A stretch of 64,000 nt of DNA, taken from assembly GCF_009914755.1 (NCBI RefSeq), contig NC_060935.1; one strand, 5' to 3'. The notes beneath the pieces were generated by a model. The model had not been told where the DNA came from. It worked only from the letters and a program-made list of their open reading frames with translations, and ran no database searches. Below, piece after piece: positions 1 to 13,830 of this stretch. The stretch's first letter is position 1. Each line of letters starts with the position of its first letter. Both the position numbers and the translations under genes were made by a program. Source of the stretch: the human T2T-CHM13v2.0 reference genome, Homo sapiens.

Positions 1-845
1 TATTTAGTGGCCATATCCCAATAGCAGCCCTTCCTCCATAATCTTAGCTGCAAACATCTAACTTTCTGATCACCACCTCCTTTCTTTCCAGCTTATTCCA
101 CGTACTATCCAACTCAACAGTTTCTAAACCTCACCAGGACTTACTATCCATTGATCACCCTTTCACTGTCCCTTGTCCCTCCCCTTTACCACGTCCTCCC
201 ATTCTCTCCCCTTTTACCCAGCCTAGAGCTCATGATACAATTATAATCATTCCCTTGAATAGACTCTCAACTCCTTGCTCTTTCCCGTTTTCTCTTGCCT
301 GGCAAAATCCCCAACCCTGATTACACCCTGCTCTCTTCGTCTTCCTGCCCTTGGACCCAGACAGTTGAACCTGGCTTGAGGAAGCAAGAAACAGGTTAAC
401 TAGCTTAAGTTAAATTCATAAACAGTAACCCCAAGGGGGCCCAGAGAGCTGCCCAGTGATCATGATCCAGCTTCCCAGTCTGGACATTCTCCCACTCTCC
501 TAGATAACTAGGTCCCACTTCCTCTATCCTTAAACCTCCCCATCCTCACTCTATGCTGATGTCCTTGTCTTCAAGCAGATGGGACTCCCCCTCGCTCCCA
601 CCACCACATCTACCCACCTGCCCCATCAGTGCCCAGTACTCTGCCTTCCCTTTCTCCCTGTGGATGATTTTCTGTGCTCCAAGACTAAGCTCTTCAGGTG
701 TGCACTGGATCCTTTTTCCTGCTTGCTTACTCAAGGACTTTTTCCCCCCATCCTACAGTCCATCATTCATTTTGTCTTTTGACAGGATCATTTCCACCTT
801 ATATAACCACAATATTATTTTGCTCTCATCTTAAAAAACAAAACA
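1..845 (+). mobile_element. L2 LINE remnant (highly decayed)
   Basis: Pyrimidine-rich L2-like motifs (cctcaccaggacttactatccattgatc; ggatcatttccacc...atcttaaaaaac). Boundaries approximate. Confidence 0.6.
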
Positions 846-865
846 CAACACCAACAAAACTCTTT

Positions 866-950
866 TCTTATCTCCAGATAAGGAAACCCAGAAAAGTTTA
901 GTAACCTGCCCAAGGTCACATATCTGAAAAGTGGAGGGGTCAAAGGTCAA
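866..950 (-). mobile_element. MIR fragment
   Basis: cagataaggaaaccca...gtaacctgcccaaggtcaca is the reverse-complement MIR core. Confidence 0.65.
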
Positions 951-1856
951 ATTACAGTTTGCCCACCCCTGAAGCCCACCCAGATGAGACTTTGTGCAGA
1001 GTTTGTGGGCTCCAGCCCACTGTTCTGGTTGGAGAAGCTGAGCTTGGACAAGGGAGCACTTTGCCAAGGATGGGCAGGCCATCTCTGCCAAACCTGTGCA
1101 ATCTTCAGGCAGCAAGAAGGCTGGAGATTTGCAAGTGAGAGGGGAACATGCTTTGTCTTCAGAGGCCCACTGAGCTGCTGAAACTCTGGCTTGACCAGCT
1201 CTTCTCTCAGAGTAAACATGGGTGTGTGAGGGCTGTCATCAGGCCTCCATCCCAGCGGCACGTCAGCCACAGCAGTGTGAGCGGGTGGCCACGATGGCAG
1301 ACAGATGGGGCAGGCAAGTGGGGTGGAAGCTGCCAGTACTGTGAAGCTTCCCCAGTGAAGAGATGACACCTCATAAATCTTGCAGGCCCAGAGCCCGTGT
1401 GGTCTGCCACAGTGCCTCATTAACACTTCCTTGTTCTCACATAGAGGTGGAAAATAACCAAATGTGACAAGCTGCCTTCCAAAACCATTTCATCAGAAGG
1501 GCACACATCTTTCCTCCATCACTTGCAACATCCCTAATTGTGCTGAGAACCCTAAACAGCTCAGGCCAAGGGGGTTTTTCTCCTGGGACAATGATACTTA
1601 ACTACCTCCAGATCACAGCCTTCAGCCATCAACCCTCTCATTCCCTCCCCTCACTGCTCCCAGGGATTCTCTCAGAGAATGAGCCCATTTGGTGTCCAGT
1701 CTTATCACTCCTAGGGGTCAAGTTGGAATTTTCAGAATACCTGGAAAAGCATGCATCTACTGCCTTTACTTTGTATATCAGCCAAAACCAGTGTTGACTT
1801 TAGTCACGGCATCTCTTAAAAGTCCTCTTTCAAAAGGGACAGACTGGTCCACTTAC

Positions 1857-1960
1857 TTGTCTGTCACAGCCTGCATGAACTCATCCAGCAAGTCATCGTA
1901 TGCCTTCCCGTGCACGCGCTGGTGTTTCAGGCCGATGTACAGAGGGTCTCTGAGCAGCTC
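1857..1960 (-). CDS. ME3: ME3 internal coding exon (104 nt): ELLRDPLYIGLKHQRVHGKAYDDLLDEFMQAVTD+K(split)
   Basis: Reverse complement reads tctgttccag|GAG CTG CTC AGA GAC CCT CTG TAC ATC GGC ... GCT GTG ACA GAC AA|gtaagt. The peptide matches the malic enzyme DPLYIGL region of ME3. It starts in phase 0, matching the previous exon, and ends in phase 2. Confidence 0.97.
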
Positions 1961-2257
1961 CTGGAACAGACAGCACCCATTGACTGAGCCTACTCCCGGT
2001 GTTCCTGTTTTTTTTTTTTCCAACAAGTATCCAGGATTATTAGGAAGAACCAGAAGGTGGGAGGAGAGGGGGGGGTAAGAAGGTAACTGGATCCCCCCCG
2101 CCCAGGTGTCATTTCTGAAAGGGTCTGGAGGCTAAGCCAGTGATTGAGGTTGGACTCTTAGATGGTCCTCATTTTGGAAACCAAGGATGCTTTGAACCAG
2201 GCAAGCCTCTGTCAGACACAGTCTTTCAACCTCTGTCTGCAGGCTTTAGGGTTATTT

Positions 2258-2784
2258 CAGGATTTCTCAACAGTGGCATTACTGACATTTTGGCTGGGAT
2301 AATTCTTTAACGTGAGGCCTGACGTGCACACTGTAGGATATTTATCAGCATCTCTGGCCTCTAGCCACTAGATGCCAGTAACACTCGCAGTTGTGGCCAT
2401 CAAAAATGACTTCAAGGCCTGATGCGGTGGCTCACGCCTGTAATCTCAGCACTTCGGAAGGCCAAGGTGGAAGGTTCTCTTGAGCCCGGGAGTCTGAGGC
2501 TGTCCTAGCCAACCCGGTGAGACCCCATCTCTACAAAAAATTTTTAAAAATTAGCTGGGCATGGTGGTGTATGTCTTTGGTCCCAGCTGCTCAGGAGGCT
2601 GCGGCAGGAGGCTCACTTGACCTTGGGAGGCCAAGGCTGCAGTGAGCCATGATTGTGCCACTGCACTCTAGTCTGGGCAACAGAATGAGACCCTGTCTCA
2701 AAAAAAAAGAAGAAAAAATGAATGTCTTGAGACATTGCCAAAGGTCTTCTTAGGGACAAAACTGTCACCGGTTGAGAACCACTG
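2258..2784 (-). mobile_element. MER20 hAT-Charlie DNA transposon, split by an Alu
   Basis: caggatttctcaac...gacattttggctgggataattctt...ccactagatgccagta... resumes after the Alu as gagacattgccaaaggtc...ggttgagaaccactg. Confidence 0.85.
2416..2718 (+). mobile_element. AluJ
   Basis: Full dimeric Alu with AluJ-type features (ctctacaaaaaat; gaggccaaggctgcagtgagccatgat) and an A tail. Confidence 0.9.
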
Positions 2785-2929
2785 TAGCTGACTTCAGGCA
2801 GAATTTCATTGAAGTATTGGGTCGCATCCAGAGTCCCTGGTCTGGACTCATGTTAGAAAACCAACCCACCCTCCTTTCCTTTCCATTCCTCTCTTTTCCT
2901 CCCCCTTCCTCTCTTACTTCTCTCCCTCC

Positions 2930-3600
2930 CTCCTTGAAATCTTACTGAATACCTACCATGTGCCTCACATTGTGCTGGGCCCTGGGGATACAAGCATAGA
3001 ATGAAACAACCAGGAATTTCAGTTCAAGAGAGATGCTCACCTTAACACCTAGCCTGTGTTCAGGGCCCCTCCACCCCACCTCCTGCAGCTCCTTCCATCA
3101 CAGCAGTCATACGCTATTGGGTTATCTGTGTGTGCGTTGGTGTGAATGACCACTCCTGCTGGCCAACTTTCCACGTCTTCCATTCCTGCCACCCCTACAC
3201 AGAGTCAGTGGACTCATTCATGCATGACACATTTATTTCTCATGTACTATTGCTGACACTGGGCCCAGTGGGGGATTTGTAGAGGAGCAAGGAATGATTG
3301 TTGCCTTCTAGGTGCTGACAGGTGGCTGCTGAGTAAACAGACACATTATACTGCAGGGCAGAGTGACGCTGGTTTGGAACAAAGTGTGGCACATGGAGGC
3401 ACAGTGATGAGTGAAGAAATTCCCTTTGGGGGGCAGATTGGGATTGTGTCATGGAGAAAATGGTCAGGTAGGAAGAGATAGGCAGATTTCAGCAGGTGGG
3501 CCTCCAGGCTGAGAAGACAGCACAAGGAAAGGTTGAGGGCTGGAGGCAGGAGGAAGAAATACCTGGTGTATTTGGGAAATGGGAGGTAATTCCATGGGTT
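2930..3600 (-). mobile_element. L2 3' remnants
   Basis: ttactgaatacctaccatgtgcc...tgtgctgggccctggggataca; cattcatgcatgacacatttatt. Boundaries approximate. Confidence 0.5.
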
Positions 3601-3774
3601 AGTTTCCTGGAATTATCTACTTTTTTGTCTAACTCACCAAAAATATAAGTTCCTAGAGAACAGGATTTTGTGTTGTCTTCATCTCCATCTGAACTGCTGC
3701 TGCAGGACACAAAGATAAGGACCAGTGGGCCTACACTCCGACCCTCGGGGGCTTACAATCAAGTCTCACCTCCA

Positions 3775-3950
3775 CCACAGCGAGCTGTGTGACTTTGGGC
3801 AAGTCGTGGGGCCTCTTGAAGGCTTCTTCTCATCTATCAAATGGGGATAAAATAGGGGCTGCATGGGGATGATTGTGATGATCAAGTGGAAAAATATATA
3901 TGAAAGAGCTTGGTGAATTATAACATATGCTATAAAACAGTGGTAGCAGT
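3775..3950 (+). mobile_element. MIR
   Basis: gctgtgtgactttgggcaagtc...ctcatctatcaaatggggataa. Confidence 0.7.
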
Positions 3951-4017
3951 TTTAGCTTTCACAGTGCCTCCAATGTGTCATGTACTGCCCTAAGTGCTTT
4001 ACTTAACCCAATGAGGT

Positions 4018-4404
4018 TGTGTCAGCCATGGAGGTGTGTGGCTCAGAACTATCTTAAGGGAACCTGCTGAGGGAGGGCAATTGGTGGACAGCCTTCAGCC
4101 GCCACACTCTCCCTGGATTGCTTAATGACTGAGCATGGAGGGGGTGTGGGGGAAACCATTCCTGCCCAACCGAGACTCTGCTGGGGCAGGAACTTCTCAC
4201 TGGCCTGACTGAGCTGGGGAGACTCTCCCTGGGCTCTCTTACTCAGTCCTCGCTCCCTTCTGCTCTCCCTTCACAGGTGTCTGACCTGTACTAGAGTTTG
4301 AAGGCCCCACTCACCCCCAACTCCTCCCACTCCCTCCCCCTTTATTCTTCACAGGTGTCTCCCCAGTACCTTTCTCACTCATCTATTTCTCAAAGGACCC
4401 GAGA
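4018..4404 (+). mobile_element. LTR16C-like ERVL solo LTR inserted in a MIR
   Basis: tgtgtcagccatggaggtgtgtggctcaga...ccattcctgcccaac...ttcacaggtgtc...tttctcaaaggacccga. It is flanked by minus-strand MIR halves (3960-4015, 4405-4560). Confidence 0.6.
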
Positions 4405-6265
4405 GGTAGGTCTCATCGTTTCCCCCATTTTTTAAATGAGGCAACAAGACACAGAGAGGTGAAGCAGCCTGCTTAAGACCTTGGACTCGTAAGTGCAGGA
4501 GTCAGGATTCAAAGCTGGGCTGTTGGGTCCAGAGTCTGTGGTCTTAAGCACTCAGTCATGCTGCATGGGTGGCTCTTCTGCATACCAACAAGAATCAATT
4601 TTTCTTTTTAAGGACACTGTTCTGGGTCCATACTGCTTTCATATCACTGTATTAGGTGTGGGGGAGGGTGTAGTTTAAGGGACAGAAAAGAACAGGAATT
4701 ATCTGTTAACCCTTCACCCCAAGGCCTGGGTACACGTAAGATCTGAGCTGGGTTTAGCACTTTGTCAAAGATACCACAGGTTTACATTTAGAAAGATGGT
4801 GGGTCCTGGCCTCCTCTCTCACTCTCCTAATCCCCTGGATTGGACACCCTTGAAACTGTTTAGGATTCTTCACTGATAGGGGTGTGTGCGTGTGTGTGTC
4901 AGTAGGGGGGACCTAAAGGGTGAAAGTGGTGCATACATGGTGCCTACCCTTCCACATGCTACCTTCAAAGTGACCATCAAAGGTCACTTAGAAGCATCAA
5001 ACAGCCAGAAAGAAGAAATGATAAATGATAGTAGAGTAACATGATGAATAGCTAGGCAGTAATTAAAATTGGTGGTTTTAAGACTTTGCAGTCACCTGGA
5101 CAAATTTGTAAGAGACTATTTAAAGTGGAGAAAACAGGATACAAAATTACACAGATATCATAATTATAACTCTCTGAAGCACATACATACAGAGCTTGGA
5201 AGGACATACATAAAAATGACTGAAAATAGTGTTACTCTTGGCATTGGCAGAAAACATTCACTTTGGCAGTTCTTACAAAGATTAAAAGGGTCCATGGTGA
5301 GTTATAATTTGGAATGTTGCCAAGTCACAGATTTGAATCTTAGTGCATCAAGCAGCATAGAGTGAATTTCTCAATCCTGCATATGCAGTTTCTGGGGTAA
5401 GTTAAGTTCCCCAGTGGCACTAAGGGATTTTTAGATTTTCAAAAAATTTCTCGGTATACTGCAGTAAAGATCAAAGGTCAACCATAATGAGATACTGCTG
5501 AGATACAAGGGTGACTATAAAAAGCTTTTAAAAAGTCCTTATATTTTGCTTTCCTAATAAAATGTTCTATGTCTCAGATACTTTAACCACAAAAAATGAA
5601 AAAAAGTTCCCATATGGATATGACGTTAAAAAATAGATTCTTATGTTTGTATAGAGCTTTCAAGTAATTCACTCATTTGTTCCTTCTAATAGTCTGACCT
5701 CTTCTCATCCCATTTTAGAGGAAGTTGGAGTTCAAGGGTTTAAATAAACTGCCCAAGCTCACAGAGCCAGAAAGTAGCTACCCTGAGATTGAGCTTTGAC
5801 TGGGTCTCATGACGAAGCATCCTCTTCGTCCCATCACTTGATATTGTGGGGGCCAGGGAACCAGGGAGCCAAGGGGCAGCTCCTCACCCTCTGCCGGGTC
5901 CTCCTGGAGGAGGTCAATAGTGGCTGGGAAGGTCCAGACTCTTGACTTGCAGACCGGGCTGGGGAACGGGGAGAGCTGGAATGAGTTCAGAGGAAAGGCT
6001 GTGTATACATCTCTAGTCAACTGGTTCTCCTTTAGCAGGAGTGGAAATGGCTTCTCTAAAACAGTAGTGGGCAGAGCTCCTATGGCTGACTTGGCACAAC
6101 ATGGAACAAGAAGCCCACATTCTGCCCTGTATCCGCCAACTGATTCAGATATAAGAATGCCTGACAGCAAGGGGTAGGAGTAGTAACCTGCCTGGACCCC
6201 CTCCTTGCAGTCCTCCTCTGTCTGGACTTCTTCATAGGTGTTTAGAGGAGAAGATTTCAGCAGAC

Positions 6266-6462
6266 AGTATTGCCAGATAAAATACAGGATGCCCAGTTAA
6301 ATTTGAATTTCAGATAGGCAATAATTAAAAAGAAATGTTTAGAATTAAGTGTGACCCATGTATTACATGGAACACACTTATGCTAAAAAATGTTGAATTG
6401 CTTCTCTGAAATTTAAATGTCACTGGTGTCCTGTATTTTTATTTGCTAAATCTGGTAACCCT
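6266..6462. mobile_element. MER53 palindromic hAT MITE
   Basis: ttgccagataaaatacaggatgcccagttaaatttgaatttcagata ... tctgaaatttaaatgtcactggtgtcctgtatttttatttgctaaatctggtaaccct. The two halves are reverse complements. Confidence 0.88.
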
Positions 6463-8889
6463 ATCTACAGAGGCAGAGGAATCTTCAAGTTTGGAGGCAA
6501 CGTGCCGCAGGGGAAAGGACACTGCTGGTCCTGGTGGCTGTGGTCAGGATGCTCCCCTCTGAGCATCCTCAGTAGGGCCCAAAGGGGCTCTAGGCTTTCA
6601 AATCAGATAGACCTGGGTTTGAATTGAGGCTTTGTCACTTGACTAGCTCTGTGGCTTTGGGGAAGGTATTTAACTTTTCTCTGCTCTCTGTTAAATAGGG
6701 AATAATGATTTCTATCACACAATGCAAGCTCTTTGAGCTCCTCATTCATCCGCATCTCCCCAGCTAATTGTACAGTGATGGCACACATAAGCCCTTGAGA
6801 AGCATTTAGTGATATGATTGCAGAGTCCTGGGACTGGGCTAAGGAGATGCTGAATTAAAAATTAAGAAGGTCTTAGAAATCACTTGGTTCTGCTTCCTCC
6901 AAATGAGTTTTTGAAGGTTGGAAAGAATAAATGAGCTGCCCAAAGTCACAAAACACATTTGTGGAAACAACAAGGCAGAAATCATGGTTTCTAGACCAGG
7001 ACTCTTCCCAGGGTGGGGACCAGGCTTATTCACTTCCATACTTTAGTGTTCAGTGGGTGCCTGGCACCTAAATATTGAGTGACTAAATCTTTCCCCTCTG
7101 TTAGATAGTTACTAAGTCCCCTTTGGAACCAAGTAAGTCAATGATTATAATTTTAGGTGAAGGCCTTTATTCAAAGTGGGTGAAGCAGAACTTTCTCCTC
7201 TGCTGTGGGAGTTAGAGGGTTGAATGTGCTCTCTATGGCTGTTTGCCCAGCTCTGCCTCCCGTAAGGTTTTTCTTGGAGACAAAATGTCATGGAAAAAGA
7301 AATGGTTTCCTCCTCTTCACTGCCCATATCAGTGAGCACTGGATTTCAGCTGGAAGACAGATAAACCTCCTGGTTGAAAAAATATTTATCTTGCATAGCA
7401 ACAGGCATTCTGTGATGTTACTTAGGGAACCTGGGGGTCTGGGAGGTCACGGGATTGGGTTCACGCTGTGGGCACAGCACGCTTTCTCCTCACGGTGGCA
7501 GTCCCACCTACCACTCATTCCTTGGGAAACTCAGCTAAGCCTGGGGTAAGATACAAAGATCCTAGCAAGGGCATCCTCATGGGTTACACGTGTGTAGAGA
7601 GTGAGCTCTATGATGGCACCACATGGTGAATGCTGAATAATGATAATCTTGCAAGGTAGAAGAAACCCTGCAATACCCAGCTTGGTTGTCAACTCCATGC
7701 TTCCTTGGCGATCCAATAACATCCAAAGCACTATTTACCAGGCTCTGCTAATGATCTGCTCCCATGTTTGTTTCCCTAACCAAACATGACTCCCCTCCCT
7801 CCACCCATTCTTCAGTTCCAGAAGAGCACACAGCATCTCCTTCTGAGTTGAATTCATAGAGGCTCAAGACTTCTGCCAAGAGAAGATCTCCAAGGCTCAG
7901 CAGGGTCATTTTAAAGCCAAGCTCCATCCCCCGGGATTCCCCCACCCTGCCTTAGCACAGGGTGGGATAAGCACTGGGTTTCGAGTCAAACCTTGGGGAA
8001 GCGCTTTCTGCTCTGAGCCTCGTTTCCCATGTAAAACAAGGGGGTTGAACGAGATGGTACTCAGGCCCCTTCTAACCTGAATAGTCTGTGACTGGCTGCA
8101 TGTGGATGAAACAAAATAAATCCAATCCACACGTAGCCATGATGGAAGGCTGAGCAGGCGCTCCCTTCCCCTACCCACTTGGAACTTAATCATGGGATGT
8201 CCCTTCTTCATGGGATCATGGCGCCACATATTTATTTTTCCAAATCTCCTTGGTATTGGCAGGTAAAAGTGACGCAGAGTTTCAGGGCTGTGGACAGCAG
8301 ATGTTTTCCTTCAACAGGAAACCTGGAGGGGTGTTGTCTTTGACTGTGATTAAAGCTCCTGTTGCCTCAGGAGTTTTTATAGAGACATACATACACACAG
8401 ATGGTCAAGTTATTCTGACATTAAAAACCCTCATGACAGCATCCTCCCTGCACGGACATGTGAGATAAAAGTGTAGAAGGCCAAGCTTCCCTCTGTTACA
8501 TCTCAGGCTTGCTCTGAGCAAAAGGTGTGCCCTGGGACTTCTGGGGGGAATATCTTGCAAACGGATTCATTGAAAAAAAAAAAAAAGGAACTGTAGTTGG
8601 GAGATCACATAGTGAATCCATTTGAAAAGAGAAAAATCACCATCTTCCTAATGTTGGTCACTTTATAACTTTGAAAATTTTGTGTCCTGAGTTTCTTCAA
8701 GTGGGTCTGGAGGGGGCCCACCATTCCCTGGAGGGGAGGATGGTGTAAACAGCATTGCTATCCTCTGACTTGATCCTGAGTGTCCATGGGATCCTGCCTG
8801 TGTGAAACACTCATTCTCGGCCCCCATTTCCCAGTCTATAATGCAAACACCTGACCCCTTGGAGCAGTGCACCACAGTGGGCAAGGCAG

Positions 8890-9010
8890 CTGTGGAGCCA
8901 GACAGCTGGGTTCCAATCCCAGCTCTGATACTTAGAGCTGTGGGACCTGAGGTAAGTAGTTGACATGTTTCAGTCTCAGTTTCCTTATCTGAAAATTGGG
9001 AGAATAATAT
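8890..9010 (+). mobile_element. MIR
   Basis: ggagccagacagctgggttccaatcccagctctg...ctcagtttccttatctgaaaattggg. Confidence 0.75.
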
Positions 9011-9639
9011 ACTGGGGAGGAACTGCTTCCTCTCACCCCCGGGGCACATAGGAGGGCAGATCAGGGCATGTTCCCTCCTCCTAGACAGGGGTACTCTGGT
9101 CCCTCCCTGACATAAGGATCAGACCCAGGGAAGGTTCTCTCCCCTCCACATCCAGGAGGGAGAGGTGATTCTAGAGGCCTAAAGCACCAGAAGGAGAAGC
9201 AGACGCTTTGAGTAGATGTGACACGCGACTCATTAAAGTGACCAATTAGGTGACAGTGCTGAAACACTGACAACTAGAACATTCTATTCAGGCTGACCCT
9301 CATTTATCTCCCTCAGGCTCAGCAGGGTGCCTGATACCCACTAAACACTCAATAAACTTTTATTAAATAAGGCAAAGTGTTCACAAAATAATCTTAATTG
9401 AAAAAATTAGAACAAAATTACATTATGATTACACCTAGGTAATAACTATCTTTATGTATAGGCATAGAAAAATTTTGGAAAGAAACACAAATGCAACATT
9501 GTGGGAGAAATACCATTTCCTTTTTCTTTAAAATTTTGAATAATGTTCTAAATTCATTTTAGCAATAAAAATTCTAAAAATCAAGAAATAATCTTTACTT
9601 ATAAAGCAACAGAAATTAGGCACAGGTGTAATGTGGGGA

Positions 9640-9830
9640 GAGGAGCACAAACTTGGATTCGGCTCCTAGCCCTGCCGCTTCTCGCAGATCTTCTTGGGCA
9701 AATAAAACTCTCTGGGCCTCAGTTTCCTATGCTGTAAAAAAGAGGGTAATGATAGATGCTCCACTCACAGGGTTATTGCAAGGCTTAAACTGAGTGGTCC
9801 ATAAAAAGGGCCTGATCCACAATTACTGCT
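9640..9830 (+). mobile_element. MIR
   Basis: ttgggcaa...ctctctgggcctcagtttcct..ctgtaaaa...cacagggttattgcaagg. Confidence 0.7.
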
Positions 9831-10395
9831 ACTTTCCAGTCATTTTTTCTGGTGGATTTGTTACAAGTTAGAGCCAGCTCTAAACTTCAGCATATCATTG
9901 CTGAGTGCTGGACCTTCAATGACAAAGGATCCCAATGCACCAGGGCAGACAGCACCCTTCCAGTGGATGCAGTGGCCTCAGAATCAAACTCAATCTGTTC
10001 CAATTCTTGCCTAAGGCCAGCTTTTAGAAGGAATGAAGGTCTCAATTAAATCCAGCTGGAACACAGCAGGAGGTGTTGGAAAGGAAGAATAAAACAAAGT
10101 TTGCTGCGCTCATCCACGCCTGCAAAGAAGCATTCTTTGAGGCCAAAAGACAATTTCAGCAAAACTCAGATATCTGGCTGGGGGAAGGGCATTGCTGTGC
10201 AGAGCAAAACTTGAAGACTGGTTTTGATGAGCAGCTGTAAAGCATGTATCCATATCTAACCTCCTGTCTCCTGAGCTGGTGAGGAGACACATGGAGACCA
10301 GGTGGTTTTAGAGGTTGAAGGATGCTTAGTAACTTTCTGGTCTAGTCTCTCAATATACTGAAAGGCAATTAAGTCTAAGGAGGTGCAATGACTTA

Positions 10396-10458
10396 CCTGG
10401 CTCATCATGGTACTGGAACCAAGGTCCCTGGCTTGTCATGGTACTGGGAACCAAGGTC
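10396..10458 (+). repeat. 31/32-bp tandem duplication
   Basis: cctggctcatcatggtactggaaccaaggtc followed by cctggcttgtcatggtactgggaaccaaggtc. Confidence 0.85.
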
Positions 10459-10645
10459 CCAATCCAATAGTTTTCCCACTTTCTTGCTCTCCCTCATCTC
10501 ATTCCCACCCCCAGGATTTCCCAGCTGTTAAGCAAGGTCTGCCCACCGTTCCATCATTTGATCATATCTGCAGATGAAGCCTGAATAAGCATCATTCCTT
10601 ACTAGGATCTAAAGTGCTTGCTTTTATTTGAAATGGGGATGCCTG

Positions 10646-11014
<369 letters not shown>

Positions 11015-11059
11015 TTAAGAGAAATCACTGCAGAATGCAAATAAGAATAACTTCTTGAC

Positions 11060-11500
11060 ACCGTGAATCAAGAATTTACAAAGTGACCATTCCTTTTGCT
11101 TCAATACTTACTTCTAGAAATTTATCCTAAGGAAATACTCAGAGATAGGGACAAAGACTCATCTGCAAAAATGGGTACCAGAGCACAATTTATATTTTAA
11201 AAGACTAGAAACAACCTAAGTGCCCAACTGTGGGGGTTTTCTTATGTAAATTATGATACATCAGGTAGCTATTAAACCGACACTATGGAAGAATGGTTAA
11301 TAGCCTGAAAGAAAACTCATGACAGATAATTAAATTTGAAAAAGAAATATAAAATACTGTATATATAATAAGAACACCACTTTTATTTTATAAGTGCATG
11401 GAAAAAAAAAAGGCTGGGGAAATATACCAATATGTAAACAATGATTAGTGCTTGTTATGTGGCTGATATCTTATTTTTAACATTTCTCTGAATTTTCTCT
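11060..11500 (+). mobile_element. Ancient L1M (L1ME-like) 3' remnant
   Basis: acttctagaaatttatcctaaggaaata...ctagaaacaacctaagtgcccaac resembles the L1 ORF2 end/3'UTR. Confidence 0.6.
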
Positions 11501-11801
11501 ATTTATTTATTTATTTGAGACAGAGTCTTGCTGTGTCACCCAGGCTGGAGTGCAGTGGTGTGATCTCGGCTCACTGCAACCTCTGCCTCCCAGGTTCTCC
11601 TGGGATTCTCCTGTCTCAGCCTCCCCAGTAGCTGGGATTACAGGTGTGTGCTACCACACCTAGCTCATTTTTGTATTTTTAGTACAGATGGGATTTCACC
11701 ATGTTGGTCAGGCTGGTCTCAAACTCCTGGCCTCAGGTGATCCCGCCCCGATCAGCCTCCCAAAGTGCTGGGAACACAGGCGTGAGTGACTGTGCCCGGC
11801 C
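11501..11801 (-). mobile_element. AluS
   Basis: (attt)n tail, then gagacagagtcttgctgtgtcacccaggctgg...ctgtgcccggcc. Confidence 0.95.
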
Positions 11802-12422
11802 TCAATAACATGCACTGATCTCAAAGATAAATGTAATTAAGAGGGAATCCTTGGATATTTTTTCATGTTTTCTGACACAGAGACAGAGCTGCGAGTCACA
11901 GACATGCCCATGGTGGTTCCCAGAGCAGAGAAACCCTTGGCTGGGGCCTGAGCTCCTTAAACCACAAACTGCCAGGACTCCTGCAGCTGGATCTCACCTA
12001 CGCTTGGCTCAGTTTCTCTCACTGGGTTTGCAGGACACTAATCTGTCTGATTCAGACATTTTGGCCCCTGGTGCTTTGAATTCCAGTCGTTCCACTGGGG
12101 CAGCCTGCCTTGAGAATGCTAAAAAACACAGCCCAGTGGTCACACCCACCTCAAGGGAAATAGAAACTGCCTGGGGTAATGGGGGTCAGAGAGGAAGGAA
12201 GCCCAAGCAGGGGTCATTGTGGGTACAGAGGGCCTCATGGAGGTAGAGGAGCAAGGGGGCCCAGGAGTGGGAGAGGGAACAGGATGGAGCTAGGGGTGGG
12301 CAACCAGGGAAGAAGGTCCTCTACTCCACAACTGTGTAGGGGGAATGCCCTGGTCGGGAGGATGCCAAGAAGGAAATGGCCCATTGCTGTGTAGATATAA
12401 CCACCCACAAACATGCTCCTCA

Positions 12423-12662
<240 letters not shown>

Positions 12663-13329
12663 TCAATCAGGGACAGCACTTCCTGTGACAGGGTGCTCAT
12701 TTTAGCAGCCCCAGCCCATCAGGCTTGGCGACTGGATGCCCACTGACTTTGCCGGTGTGAAAGAGCTTGTCTGGGATAAGGCCGGAGCATTTATTCACCT
12801 GCAGGTGACCAGTCCTTCCTGGCAGGCTGGTGACAAACCCTACTGAGAAGAGATGGCAGAAAGATGCCTGCCTTGCATTCTGAGCTTCAGGTGGGGGCTG
12901 CAGAAACAGCTGGAGGGAAACCACATTAAGTCACTTCACTCTCCCTCAAGGAAACTAAATAGACACTCTCAGCCTGAGACTCGGGGTGGTGGGTAGGGAA
13001 GGGCATAATTAAAGGAGAAAATAAAAAATAAGTGTTCGTGCTGCTGCTACAGCTCCAGGGTTTAGAGGCTAATCCAAGTGCTCTCCGACCTACTCCTGGA
13101 TTATGAAAAATCCGATCTGCAAAGAACAGGGCTCCTTGTGACATCTTCTAGGACCACTATTGCATATGAAATCAGGAAGAGTTTCAAGCTACACTGGGAT
13201 TTACCTTTTGCATTTGGCAAAGAATTGCTGAGGGCCTACTATGTGCTAGATGTAGTGCTACTTCAAGGCTTACCTACTGTGAATTAATAGATATGAATGA
13301 AGCTGATGATGATGATAGGAATAATTGTA

Positions 13330-13830
13330 TTATTATAATGGATATTCTTTTATTCATTCATTTAATACATATTTATGAAGCACCTACTTTGCATAAGACA
13401 CTGTGACAAATTCTGTGGGAGCTTCAGTTTGCACATCTACAAAAGCAAATATGCATGGACACAGCCCTTAAAGGATTAATGGGCTAAAGGAGAGATGGAA
13501 TGTATATATTAATAATCATGATTCTGGGAGGGAAGCTGGACTGCAGCAGAATAGCATAAAGGGTGGCAGAGATTAGAAGATGGGAGGATAACCCTTCATG
13601 GGTGAACGGACACACATGCCCTACCTTGGACAGGTGGAGATTGTGGGGTATGGGCGGGGAGAAGGGCATTTGATACAAAAGAAAGTTAAAATCCAGGGTA
13701 GAGGTGCTGGGGGTGGGGAGAATGTAGGATGTGATTGGGGAGCGAGGAGATGTAGGTTGCAGGAAGGGAAAAAATGGGAAGTCAGGCAGGAGTCAGACTG
13801 TGAAAGACCTTGAATGTCTAGCCAAGGAGA
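13330..13830 (-). mobile_element. L2 remnant
   Basis: attcattcatttaatacatatttatgaagcacctac...; cagactgtgaaagaccttgaatgtctagccaaggag. Confidence 0.5.

Noticed and set aside
1689-2078. Plus-strand ORFs overlapping ME3 exons (also 12345-12746)
   Set aside because: They are antisense shadows of GC-rich coding exons, with no independent evidence.
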